Below, piece after piece: positions 46,933 to 54,598 of a stretch of DNA of 60,596 nt (the first letter of the stretch is position 1; every line of letters begins with the position of its first letter). Origin of the DNA: a virus (lineage: Duplodnaviria; Caudoviricetes); the IMG/VR virus record IMGVR_UViG_3300024308_000030, positions 1 through 60,596 of that record; one strand, written 5' to 3'. Made by a program: the position numbers and the translations under genes. Under the pieces are notes generated by a model, which was not told the origin of the DNA, did no database searches, and saw only the letters and a program-made list of their open reading frames with translations.

Positions 46933-48049
46933 TGATCGTGGTCCCCCACGGCGACTTGACGTCGGTGGTGCTGAGCCACAACACGTTCGGGCGCTCGTCC
47001 CCGAACGGCGTGTAGCCGTCGGTCAGCACGATCGTCAGCTGGGCGTCCGGGGCGTTCTTCTCGACCCAGTCCAGGCCAACGGTCATGTCGGTCCCACCAC
47101 CGCCCACGCGCTTGGCGCTGGTGCGGACAGCTTCCGGGTCGGGGCGCTCGAAGTAGTCCACGTGGTTCACGTCGGCGTCGACGTAGATCACGATCAGCTC
47201 GCTCGGGCACACGTCGTTGACCGCGCCGCACACCTCGCCGAAGAACTGCCGCAGCTCCTTGGCGCCGATCGAACCCGAGGTGTCGATCTGGAACACCAGC
47301 TTGCGCATGGCGCCGTCGCTGTACAGCCCGGGCAGGTAGGTGCCCTGCGCCACGAAGCGGCGGTTCGGCCTGGCGAACGTGTAGTCGGAGCGTGCCTTCT
47401 CGGTGAGATAGACCTTGAGCTGTTCCTGCCAGGCGACCACCGGGTTCATCACCTCGTCGATCAGCTCGCGGATGCCGGCCGGCAGTTTGCCCATGGCCTT
47501 GGCCACCTGCGCCGCCTTGGCGATAGTCGCCTTGGCTTTTGCCTGGGCCGCCGGACCCTGGTCCGGGGCGTCCATGAGGTCGTCGTCCAGCGGGTTGCCG
47601 TTACCGTGGTCCGCACCTCCGCCACCCGGCGGGTCGGGCGGCAGCTGGGCATAGACCTGCTCGCTGGTCATGCCGGCGTAGGCCTGGCTGTGCAGCACGC
47701 CAGCGGGCAACGAACCTTTCTCCTTGAAGATGATGTCGTTGATCACGTAGTCGGCGGCATGATTCCAGCGCTGCGGGCTGCGGCCCTGGCGGCGCCACGG
47801 ATGCATCAGGGCGATGTGCATGCACTCGTGCTTGAGCACGCCCACGGCTTCGGCCAGCGGGAGCTTGTTGAAGTTGACCGGGTTGACGTACAGATTCGCC
47901 CCGTCGGTGGCCGCTTGCCACAGCTTGCGTCCGTCCGGGAGTTCCTGGGTCTCGATCACCTTCAGGCTGAACATGATCGTCGCGTAGAACGGGTGATTGA
48001 TCACCAGCTGCGTCTTGGCCTTTTCGAAAATCGAGTGCTTCTTAATCAC
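46910..48049 (-). CDS. HExxH metallopeptidase-like + VWA domain protein (DUF2201-like)
   Basis: 'AATDG', 'HECMH', 'WNHAADYVIN', MIDAS 'IDTSGS', 'GGGGTD', 'LTDGY'. Confidence 0.88.
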   Translation of the reverse strand: MIKKHSIFEKAKTQLVINHPFYATIMFSLKVIETQELPDGRKLWQAATDGANLYVNPVNFNKLPLAEAVGVLKHECMHIALMHPWRRQGRSPQRWNHAADYVINDIIFKEKGSLPAGVLHSQAYAGMTSEQVYAQLPPDPPGGGGADHGNGNPLDDDLMDAPDQGPAAQAKAKATIAKAAQVAKAMGKLPAGIRELIDEVMNPVVAWQEQLKVYLTEKARSDYTFARPNRRFVAQGTYLPGLYSDGAMRKLVFQIDTSGSIGAKELRQFFGEVCGAVNDVCPSELIVIYVDADVNHVDYFERPDPEAVRTSAKRVGGGGTDMTVGLDWVEKNAPDAQLTIVLTDGYTPFGDERPNVLWLSTTDVKSPWGTTINVQFDER

Positions 48050-48278
48050 GGCTCTTCACCTCTGCGATCAGTTGGGTAAGCTGGCGCGCGGCGGCGCGCA
48101 GCTCCCGGATTTGTTGCAGCTCCTCGCGGAGCGTGACCAGCACGCGCTTCCTCGCACGAGCCAGTTCCTCTTGGATGCATGCCAGCGCGAAGCGCCCGTC
48201 GAGCTTGGCGTCGTCGCTCAGTCCCTCGGCCTGCAGTCTACGGCTGGCCTTGGCCAGTTCGCGCTTCCACTGGGTCAC
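48042..48278 (-). CDS. small coiled-coil protein
   Basis: 78-aa helical ORF between VWA and AAA genes. Confidence 0.5.
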   Translation of the reverse strand: MTQWKRELAKASRRLQAEGLSDDAKLDGRFALACIQEELARARKRVLVTLREELQQIRELRAAARQLTQLIAEVKSRD

Positions 48279-48576
48279 GTTGCACCTTCCTCGGGTCTCG
48301 CTTGACGTCCTCCGGCGTCAGCAGGAACGCTGCTGATGCCGCTTCGGCCGAGGCGAAGACCACGTTGTAGACCGTCCTCGGGTATCGATGCCCGGTCGTG
48401 AGGTCTGCGATCAGGGCTCGCATCCGCCAGCCATTGGGTTTCCTAGCCGGGGCTATCACCCAGCGCGTCGAACCGATGGGGTTCTTGTGGCTGTAGCGCC
48501 AGTAGGCGAATGACTCGCCGCCCGGCGACAGCAGCGGTTTCCAGCCCTGGTTGACCAGGGCTTGGATCGGCTCCAC
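48238..48576 (-). CDS. array-family protein
   Basis: 'ALVNQGW'...'FASAEAASAAFLLT'. Confidence 0.62.
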   Translation of the reverse strand: MEPIQALVNQGWKPLLSPGGESFAYWRYSHKNPIGSTRWVIAPARKPNGWRMRALIADLTTGHRYPRTVYNVVFASAEAASAAFLLTPEDVKRDPRKVQRDPVEARTGQGQP

Positions 48577-48577
48577 C

Positions 48578-49687
48578 TCACACCCCAGAGATCAGGCTGG
48601 CGTTGCTGATGGCCCACTTGTTGAAGGTGCTGGTCTGAGACAGGGTGCTGTCGCGACGCAGCGAGTCCTGGATGCTGAGCACGGCCATCTCCGGGCGCCC
48701 TGCCTTGGCGAAACGCTCCAGGTAGTTGAACACGCTCTCCTGGTTCTCGTGGGTGGTGCGAGCACCCAGGGCGACAGCCACGGCGTACTGAGTCGCGCTG
48801 TCGTCCGGCAACGGGGCGCTGTGCGGGTTGAGCAGGATCGCCTCGATGCTCGGCATTTGCAGCCAGACGTCGCGGAAGGCGATGTACTCAGCCGCCGGGC
48901 CCTTACCCACAGATCCCATGGCCAGGTTGTACATGCGGTCAGCCGGCAGCTTGGCCTTCTCGTAGCGGTCCACCATCACCCAGCTGCGCTCGGTGGCGAA
49001 TGCGTCGCCCTCCAGCTTCTTGGTGACGTGGTCGTCGAACGTGTTGAGCAGGTCCGGGCGCATCGCCATGAACGCCAGCAGGCAGGTCTCGATGTTGCCT
49101 TGGGACAGGCCCCAGCTACGCCAGCAGTCGAGGTCCGACTCGACGTCGATGTGGGTGGCACGGTTGGCCAGCGGCGTCGGCATCTTGAACACCACGCCGC
49201 CGTCGGTCATGCGGTTACCGGTCATGACGATGCTCCAGCCCGGCTTCATGCGCTTGCTACCGATGCGACGGTCGTGCGTCAGCTGGTAGGCCGCGGCCTG
49301 CACGGACATGGGCGCCGAGACGATCTCCTCCAGGGCGAGGATGCCGTAGTCCGGCACGTCCTCGCGGCCGATGAAGGGGAACCAGTCGGGCACCAGGCGA
49401 TCCTGGGTGCCGTGCACGCTCGCCACCGGCAGGCCGCCGATGTCCACCGGGTCGCACTGCGACAGGCGCACGTCGATGAAGCCGAAGCCGTCCTTCATGC
49501 CGAAGCCTTCGGCCGGCTGATCGCCGTACTCGATCACGCCCGCCTTGAGGCCCAGGTCTTCGGCGCGCTGCGCCGAGGCTTGGAGGATGGCAGCGGACTT
49601 GCCGATGCCGGGAGCTCCGCGCACCATGAGCACGGTGCTGGCGATGTTGGCGTCACGGATGTGGGCGATCAGGTCATTTACGTTCAT
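48578..49687 (-). CDS. MoxR-like AAA+ ATPase
   Basis: Walker A 'GAPGIGKS', 'DVRLSQ..PVDI.GLP', Walker B 'LALEE', 'TGNR', 'PLANR'. Confidence 0.88.
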   Translation of the reverse strand: MNVNDLIAHIRDANIASTVLMVRGAPGIGKSAAILQASAQRAEDLGLKAGVIEYGDQPAEGFGMKDGFGFIDVRLSQCDPVDIGGLPVASVHGTQDRLVPDWFPFIGREDVPDYGILALEEIVSAPMSVQAAAYQLTHDRRIGSKRMKPGWSIVMTGNRMTDGGVVFKMPTPLANRATHIDVESDLDCWRSWGLSQGNIETCLLAFMAMRPDLLNTFDDHVTKKLEGDAFATERSWVMVDRYEKAKLPADRMYNLAMGSVGKGPAAEYIAFRDVWLQMPSIEAILLNPHSAPLPDDSATQYAVAVALGARTTHENQESVFNYLERFAKAGRPEMAVLSIQDSLRRDSTLSQTSTFNKWAISNASLISGV

Positions 49688-49760
49688 GGTGTATCTCCGT
49701 TCGGGTTAACTAGGGGTAGTTACTGCGGGTTGGTGGAGCTAAATCTCAAACTGTAGGCAT

Positions 49761-49788
49761 AGTTTACACTAGCCAGGGTAAGGGTCAA
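49761..49788 (-). promoter_or_regulatory. putative sigma70 promoter for AAA/VWA operon
   Basis: minus strand TTGACC-N16-TAAACT; palindrome at 49706-49722 lies just downstream. Confidence 0.65.
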
Positions 49789-49793
49789 GTTTT

Positions 49794-50057
49794 CTAGGAT
49801 GCGTTGCTGCTTAGTGCCACGAAAGCGATGACCGCCTCGGGCGATTCGAACGTACCCTTGAGGACAAAGCCGGTGACTGCGTGCGCGTCCCACTGTAGAA
49901 GACGGACGGTGGTCCAGTACAGGCTGTACGTACCGCGACCTGCGTAGCGCCGAACCTCCCAGGTGCCGCCCTTAACGTGCTTGCGGTAGTAGCGCGGGGC
50001 GTCGTTTTTCTTGTGCCACCCTGTGGCGCGGAACAGGTTGGGTTTTTGCTCAGCCAT
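49794..50057 (-). CDS. small array-family protein
   Basis: 'LFRATGW'...'GTFESPEAVIAFVAL'. Confidence 0.7.
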   Translation of the reverse strand: MAEQKPNLFRATGWHKKNDAPRYYRKHVKGGTWEVRRYAGRGTYSLYWTTVRLLQWDAHAVTGFVLKGTFESPEAVIAFVALSSNAS

Positions 50058-50271
50058 TTCGGCCTCCTTGTGTCAGTGCCACGTAGGCGATGACCGCCTC
50101 GGGCGATTCGAAAGTTCCACAAAAGCGTGTGAGGCCGCCGTCCAGAGCGATCAGCTTCCACCCGTTTTCGACGAGGATAGTCAGCCAGTAGCCACGGGGC
50201 CGTCCACGCAGCGTGTAGGACTGCCCCGTGGCGCAGGACCAGCCAGCCTCCAGGAACAGCGCGCTAGCCAT
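50050..50271 (-). CDS. small array-family protein
   Basis: 'LFLEAGW'...'GTFESPEAVIAYVAL'. Confidence 0.7.
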   Translation of the reverse strand: MASALFLEAGWSCATGQSYTLRGRPRGYWLTILVENGWKLIALDGGLTRFCGTFESPEAVIAYVALTQGGRNG

Positions 50272-50527
50272 GCAGGTCGCTCCTCATCTGGAAGTAGACG
50301 CAGAGCGCGGCCGCGGTTGGATACACGCCGAGCGACATGGTCTCCACCCGCCTGGCGCTGCCTGTGTTACGGCAGGTGACCTCGTTGAGATACCACTGGT
50401 CGTCGATACCGCGCGCCGCCGAGTAGGTGGTACTCACTGTGGCTCCTTTCCGCATCCACACCCAGTCCTCTCCGTTCCAGTGGCTCTTCTTCCAGCCGAA
50501 CGACAGGAACGGCTCTTCGTCGGTCAT
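50264..50527 (-). CDS. small array-family protein
   Basis: 'MTDEEPFLSFGW'...'YPTAAALCVYFQM'. Confidence 0.68.
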   Translation of the reverse strand: MTDEEPFLSFGWKKSHWNGEDWVWMRKGATVSTTYSAARGIDDQWYLNEVTCRNTGSARRVETMSLGVYPTAAALCVYFQMRSDLHG

Positions 50528-50769
50528 GACTGCCACCCCTTGATCTCCGCGGCAATGAACGCCGCCAGCGCGGTTTCGCCGTAGGCGACCTCGCTCCAGC
50601 CGCCGTTGACTTTCACCGCCCATGCCATCCACAGAGTCTCGTGCCTGACGCTGGGTTGGTCTCTCCCATGCGGCATCGGCGCCATCACACAGCGCCCACG
50701 AAGGCCCGTCCAGTCGCCGTCCGCGTCAACCATGAACCCCGCCTCAATGAGCAGCCGCGAGTCGTCCAT
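50524..50769 (-). CDS. small array-family protein (DGDW subgroup)
   Basis: 'LLIEAGFMVDADGDW'...'GETALAAFIAAEIKG'. Confidence 0.7.
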   Translation of the reverse strand: MDDSRLLIEAGFMVDADGDWTGLRGRCVMAPMPHGRDQPSVRHETLWMAWAVKVNGGWSEVAYGETALAAFIAAEIKGWQS

Positions 50770-51235
50770 CGCGCACCTCCCTCATCACCCGACGGGACTC
50801 CTTGTCGCACCACGCGTTGCACCACTGGCGAGGCTCCCACACGCCGGCATGGGCCTTGACGTGGTTGACCTTGAGCCAGAACTGGTGCTCGGCCTGGGCC
50901 CGCTGCAGCTTCGACAGCAGAGTGGCGATCTCCGGCCTGGCCGTGAGGCGGTTGGCCGCGCCCTCCAGCACCTGCTTGACCGCCAGGCAGTCGGTGACCA
51001 GCACCAGCCGGCGCGACGGCCCCTGGCGCAGCTCCGGGCCTATCACCGGGTGCCGGTACAGGCGGTCGAACGCATGCAGCGCGGCCAGCAGCTCGGCGCC
51101 GCCCGAGCAGGCGGCGTCAATGGCGAAGCCCTCTTTGTAGAACGTGCTCCCAGTCCTGGCCCAGAACGCAGCGCCGCCGGCGCGCGTGTGGGTACAGAAA
51201 CTGGCGTCCGTGAACAGGGTTATGTTTTCGATCAT
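50744..51235 (-). CDS. RNase H-like protein
   Basis: 'LFTDAS', 'GAELLA', 'VTDC..V', 'HVKAH', 'N..CD' RNase HI catalytic pattern. Confidence 0.82.
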   Translation of the reverse strand: MIENITLFTDASFCTHTRAGGAAFWARTGSTFYKEGFAIDAACSGGAELLAALHAFDRLYRHPVIGPELRQGPSRRLVLVTDCLAVKQVLEGAANRLTARPEIATLLSKLQRAQAEHQFWLKVNHVKAHAGVWEPRQWCNAWCDKESRRVMREVRDGRLAAAH

Positions 51236-51468
51236 CGCGAATCTCCAGTCAGTAGTGCGCGGGCCACGAGCACCAGTGGATGCTCGCCGGGTTTACTTCG
51301 CATCGACTGCCCTTCCATGGGCCAGAAGTCCCATTCGACACCGTCGAAGTTACATTTCTCGTCGTACAGCATTCCTGCTGGTGACGACCAAAAGTAGCCT
51401 CCGCGCCAGTTGTACGGCATGTCCTCCTTTTCCCACCCCGCTGCACGCAGGTCGTCTTCAACGCTCAT
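51232..51468 (-). CDS. small array-family protein
   Basis: 'DLRAAGW'...'PGEHPLVLVARALLTG'. Confidence 0.7.
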   Translation of the reverse strand: MSVEDDLRAAGWEKEDMPYNWRGGYFWSSPAGMLYDEKCNFDGVEWDFWPMEGQSMRSKPGEHPLVLVARALLTGDSR

Positions 51469-51722
51469 AGCGTGTCTCCAAGCAGTAGCAACGCCGCGGT
51501 GTACGCTGCGAGCGGCGACACGCCATCCGCTATGCGCTCCTGGTAATACTGGACCTGCCACAGGGTTGGGTGGCGTTCCACGCGACCCGAGCGTAGCCAC
51601 GGTACGTTACTGGGTCGGATCAAGAATACGTGGATGCCGTCTACGCGGCTGTTAGACACCCAGTCGCCCTCGACATCGCGCTCGAATCCGATACGCTTTA
51701 GCTCTCTTTCCTCACTGTTCAT
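51465..51722 (-). CDS. small array-family protein (DGDW subgroup)
   Basis: 'ELKRIGFERDVEGDW'...'GVSPLAAYTAALLLLG'. Confidence 0.72.
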   Translation of the reverse strand: MNSEERELKRIGFERDVEGDWVSNSRVDGIHVFLIRPSNVPWLRSGRVERHPTLWQVQYYQERIADGVSPLAAYTAALLLLGDTL

Positions 51723-51960
51723 GTATCACCCCGAAAAGTATCGCCGCTCCATACGCCGCGAGCGGCGTGGCAGCTTTGGCTATGTTGCGGCCGTTGTACC
51801 TTACGGTCCAGAAAACTGGGTCGCGGTTATGGCTGTCGTGCCGCGCAGTCGGACGGAGCAGAAAGACCCGGGGACTACGCGCGCCGAAGCACCAGTCGCC
51901 GTCGTGGTCGAGGAACAAGCCGAGGCGTTTGAGCTCGGCGATCTCGTCTTCAATTCCCAT
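51712..51960 (-). CDS. small array-family protein (DGDW subgroup)
   Basis: 'ELKRLGLFLDHDGDW'...'ATPLAAYGAAILFG'. Confidence 0.72.
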   Translation of the reverse strand: MGIEDEIAELKRLGLFLDHDGDWCFGARSPRVFLLRPTARHDSHNRDPVFWTVRYNGRNIAKAATPLAAYGAAILFGVIHEQ

Positions 51961-52201
51961 CGGCCACCTCCGGCAGCAAGGACTGGCCTGCGTACGCAGC
52001 CAGTGGCGTGGGCGCAAAGAAAGACCCGCGCTTGCGGTTGGTGCACTGCCACTGCGAACCGCGCACCAGGCCGTAATGAAGATTCGGACTGAACAACCAG
52101 GTGCGGGTGCCCCGGTTAATCCAGTCACCGTCCTGATCCTCGACGAACCCCAGCGCGGCGAGCTGCTCGCGCTCTTCGGCGGTAATCAGTTGGCTATCCA
52201 T
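51950..52201 (-). CDS. small array-family protein (DGDW subgroup)
   Basis: 'ITAEEREQLAALGFVEDQDGDW'...'APTPLAAYAG'. Confidence 0.72.
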   Translation of the reverse strand: MDSQLITAEEREQLAALGFVEDQDGDWINRGTRTWLFSPNLHYGLVRGSQWQCTNRKRGSFFAPTPLAAYAGQSLLPEVADGN

Positions 52202-52430
52202 CGAGCGATCCTCCCCGCAGCATCCACAAAGCTAATGCGGCCAGTGGCCTATCGGCGCCGACCAAAGCCTCACCGAATCTACCGGCTTCCCATCTGGGTG
52301 GCTTCTCCCACTCGCGGGGGCGGAACAGACAGACGGATCGCACGAGACCATTGCTCCAATCCCCGTCCAGGCCCTCGACAAACCCCAGTTCGAGGAGCTT
52401 CTGGCGCTCCTCGGTGGTGATTTTGCGCAT
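52194..52430 (-). CDS. small array-family protein (DGDW subgroup)
   Basis: 'ITTEERQKLLELGFVEGLDGDW'...'DRPLAALALWMLRG'. Confidence 0.72.
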   Translation of the reverse strand: MRKITTEERQKLLELGFVEGLDGDWSNGLVRSVCLFRPREWEKPPRWEAGRFGEALVGADRPLAALALWMLRGGSLDG

Positions 52431-52443
52431 GATTTAACTACTC

Positions 52444-52665
52444 CTAGTTAATGGACAGCTGCCACGCGGCGAAGACCGCCAGCGGGTGCTGCCCGGGCTC
52501 GCCGCTACGTCCTGGGCTTTGGCCGAAACGGCCTGTACTCCATGTCTTCCCGGTTCGCACGACATAGAACTCGCTCTGCCTGAAATAGGCTATGCCCTCC
52601 ATCGCATCGACGTATTTCACCGGCTCCCAGCCGCAGTCCAACAGGTCCAGCTCTTCTTGGGTCAT
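52444..52665 (-). CDS. small array-family protein
   Basis: 'LLDCGW'...'PGQHPLAVFAAWQL'. Confidence 0.7.
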   Translation of the reverse strand: MTQEELDLLDCGWEPVKYVDAMEGIAYFRQSEFYVVRTGKTWSTGRFGQSPGRSGEPGQHPLAVFAAWQLSIN

Positions 52666-52922
52666 GGCTGATACCCCGCCAGTTGCCAGCGCACGTAGAG
52701 CGCGACCGGCGATTCATCTGGCGCTCCAGTGGCCAGTCGCCCGCTGCCCTGCAGCCACAACTCCCAGCCCCCGTGGCCGTTGAACTTCGGCGGGTAGAGG
52801 CATAGCAAATATGGATGCGTTTCGATGTGTTTCTCCCATCGCCGCTCGCTTATGTCCCGGTAATGCATGCCGTCGAGGTAGAACCCGTACGCCCTGAGCG
52901 CATTGAAATCGTCGTCAGTCAT
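52662..52922 (-). CDS. small array-family protein
   Basis: 'ALRAYGF'...'GRLATGAPDESPVALYVRWQLAG'. Confidence 0.72.
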   Translation of the reverse strand: MTDDDFNALRAYGFYLDGMHYRDISERRWEKHIETHPYLLCLYPPKFNGHGGWELWLQGSGRLATGAPDESPVALYVRWQLAGYQP

Positions 52923-53170
52923 GTCGCGTCTCCAGTCAGCAGCCAGCGCGCGTAGAGCGCCACAGGGCTCTCGCCTGGTGCACCGCGCGCCACCAGCCTG
53001 CCTTGGCGCCATACATCCCAGCCGGGATGGTCATTGTCTTCCGGCGCGTAGATCGACGTTCGGTGTCCGCATACGTTGTGGCGTCTGTAAGCCCTGCGTA
53101 CCTCGTGGTCCGCAACGGGCGTGAAGCCGTAGGCGGCCAGCGCCTCGCCGAACTCTTTCCACTCGCTCAT
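52919..53170 (-). CDS. small array-family protein
   Basis: 'ALAAYGF'...'GRLVARGAPGESPVALYARWLLTG'. Confidence 0.72.
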   Translation of the reverse strand: MSEWKEFGEALAAYGFTPVADHEVRRAYRRHNVCGHRTSIYAPEDNDHPGWDVWRQGRLVARGAPGESPVALYARWLLTGDAT

Positions 53171-53424
53171 AGGAACCCCCGCAGCTTCAACGACGCTAGC
53201 ATCGCGTCGAGCGTTTCGTAGTACTCGTCGAAGTTGTGCCTGTCGATGTCTCGCGTCGGCCAGTAGATGTTCCACATGCGTCTCTTTTCTCCGGTACGGG
53301 CGCGATCTGCGACGGACACACCCGGCGGGTACAGCCACGCGCTGGCCCAGCCGATGTCCTTGGTGTACTTTCCGTTACGCCAGTGATAGAACCCCGCCGC
53401 GTTCAGCTTTTCTTCGTCGGTCAT
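53167..53424 (-). CDS. small array-family protein
   Basis: 'MTDEEKLNAAGF'...'YETLDAMLASLKLRG'. Confidence 0.7.
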   Translation of the reverse strand: MTDEEKLNAAGFYHWRNGKYTKDIGWASAWLYPPGVSVADRARTGEKRRMWNIYWPTRDIDRHNFDEYYETLDAMLASLKLRGFL

Positions 53425-53702
53425 AGCAAACCCTCCAGGGCCAGGCATGCCAGGATCGCGGGCAGCGGACGGTAGTCCGGCTCGTCGTAGCTCGCGGGAA
53501 ACTGGCCGCGTGCGGGCATCGTCACGAGAAATCCGCTGGCGAGTGGGTCGTTTGTCTTCTGTATGATCAACCTGGCTATCCCTTCGCCGCCGTGGCTACG
53601 CTGGACGTAGCGGTAGGTAGTTTCGCCGAGCCAGGTCTCGCGCTTAAATCCGTACTGAGCCAGGATGTCACGCTCGGCCTGGCTCATCAGTTCTACTTTC
53701 AC
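53421..53702 (-). CDS. small array-family protein
   Basis: 'ERDILAQYGF'...'YRPLPAILACLALEG'. Confidence 0.68.
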   Translation of the reverse strand: MKVELMSQAERDILAQYGFKRETWLGETTYRYVQRSHGGEGIARLIIQKTNDPLASGFLVTMPARGQFPASYDEPDYRPLPAILACLALEGLL

Positions 53703-53914
53703 ATCCAGCCCTCCAGTTTCGCTGCGACGATCAGAGCCACGGGGTCGCCTTCGCCGAACACGTCCCACACCAAATCATCGGTGTAAAGGTTCCACCCGCT
53801 CAGGCCATTTCTATCCAGCCAGTGGGTCGGCTTGCCGTTGACGCGGCGCACGAACCCGTTTGAGGTCATGGGCTTGCACTCGAAAAACCCAAACTCGGCC
53901 AGCTTCTCGTTCAT
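53699..53914 (-). CDS. small array-family protein
   Basis: 'KLAEFGF'...'RRVNGKP'...'GDPVALIVAAKLEG'. Confidence 0.72.
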   Translation of the reverse strand: MNEKLAEFGFFECKPMTSNGFVRRVNGKPTHWLDRNGLSGWNLYTDDLVWDVFGEGDPVALIVAAKLEGWM

Positions 53915-54159
53915 AGATCACCCACCAATACGGCTGCAGTTATGAGGCTCACCGGGTCATCGCCGTGCTTGAAATAGACCGGGTTCTTGCTGACGTACAG
54001 CGACCAGTACCGGCGCTCTTGCTGCCCTTCGTACTCTGGCAAGAACGGCGGGTACACGGCCGCCACGGGGTGGCCGTTCACGCGCTTGCACATGCAGTCG
54101 GCTTCCTTGTAGAACCCGTGGGCGGCCAGGGCCGCCAGCTGTTCGTCGGTCAGGTTCAC
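53911..54159 (-). CDS. small array-family protein
   Basis: 'LTDEQLAALAAHGF'...'KRVNGHP'...'GDDPVSLITAAVLVG'. Confidence 0.72.
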   Translation of the reverse strand: MNLTDEQLAALAAHGFYKEADCMCKRVNGHPVAAVYPPFLPEYEGQQERRYWSLYVSKNPVYFKHGDDPVSLITAAVLVGDL

Positions 54160-54377
54160 AAATCACCTCGCATTGTCGCCGCTGCGACGAGTGCTATGGG
54201 GTCGGGGCCTTCGTAGAACGGCCCGAGGCCCGCAAGACTCCACACCCTGGCCGCTCGGAGGTAGACCAGCGTCGCTTTCAGCGTACCGTCAGGCCGTCGA
54301 GCGGCCCAGATGGTCCCACCGTGGAGCCTGAACCCGTAGGCGGCGAGCGCTTCTTTCTCTTCGTCGGTCAGTCCCAT
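54156..54377 (-). CDS. small array-family protein
   Basis: 'LTDEEKEALAAYGF'...'GPDPIALVAAATMRG'. Confidence 0.72.
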   Translation of the reverse strand: MGLTDEEKEALAAYGFRLHGGTIWAARRPDGTLKATLVYLRAARVWSLAGLGPFYEGPDPIALVAAATMRGDL

Positions 54378-54598
54378 ACCACACCCTCCAGAATCGCCCT
54401 GGTTACCAGCACCACGGGGCATGGCCCCGTATACGGCTGGACATCACCGGTGACCATCCATAGGCGCTGGCTGGTCAGGTACTGGACGATCGCGATCACC
54501 TTGTCCAGGTCGTTGCGCTTGACCCAATAGCTCGACAGCTTGTCACGCACGAACCCGTGGGCGGCCAGGGCGTCCTGCTGTTCCTGCGTCAGGTCCAT
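54368..54598 (-). CDS. small array-family protein
   Basis: 'LTQEQQDALAAHGF'...'GPCPVVLVTRAILEG'. Confidence 0.72.
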   Translation of the reverse strand: MDLTQEQQDALAAHGFVRDKLSSYWVKRNDLDKVIAIVQYLTSQRLWMVTGDVQPYTGPCPVVLVTRAILEGVVWD

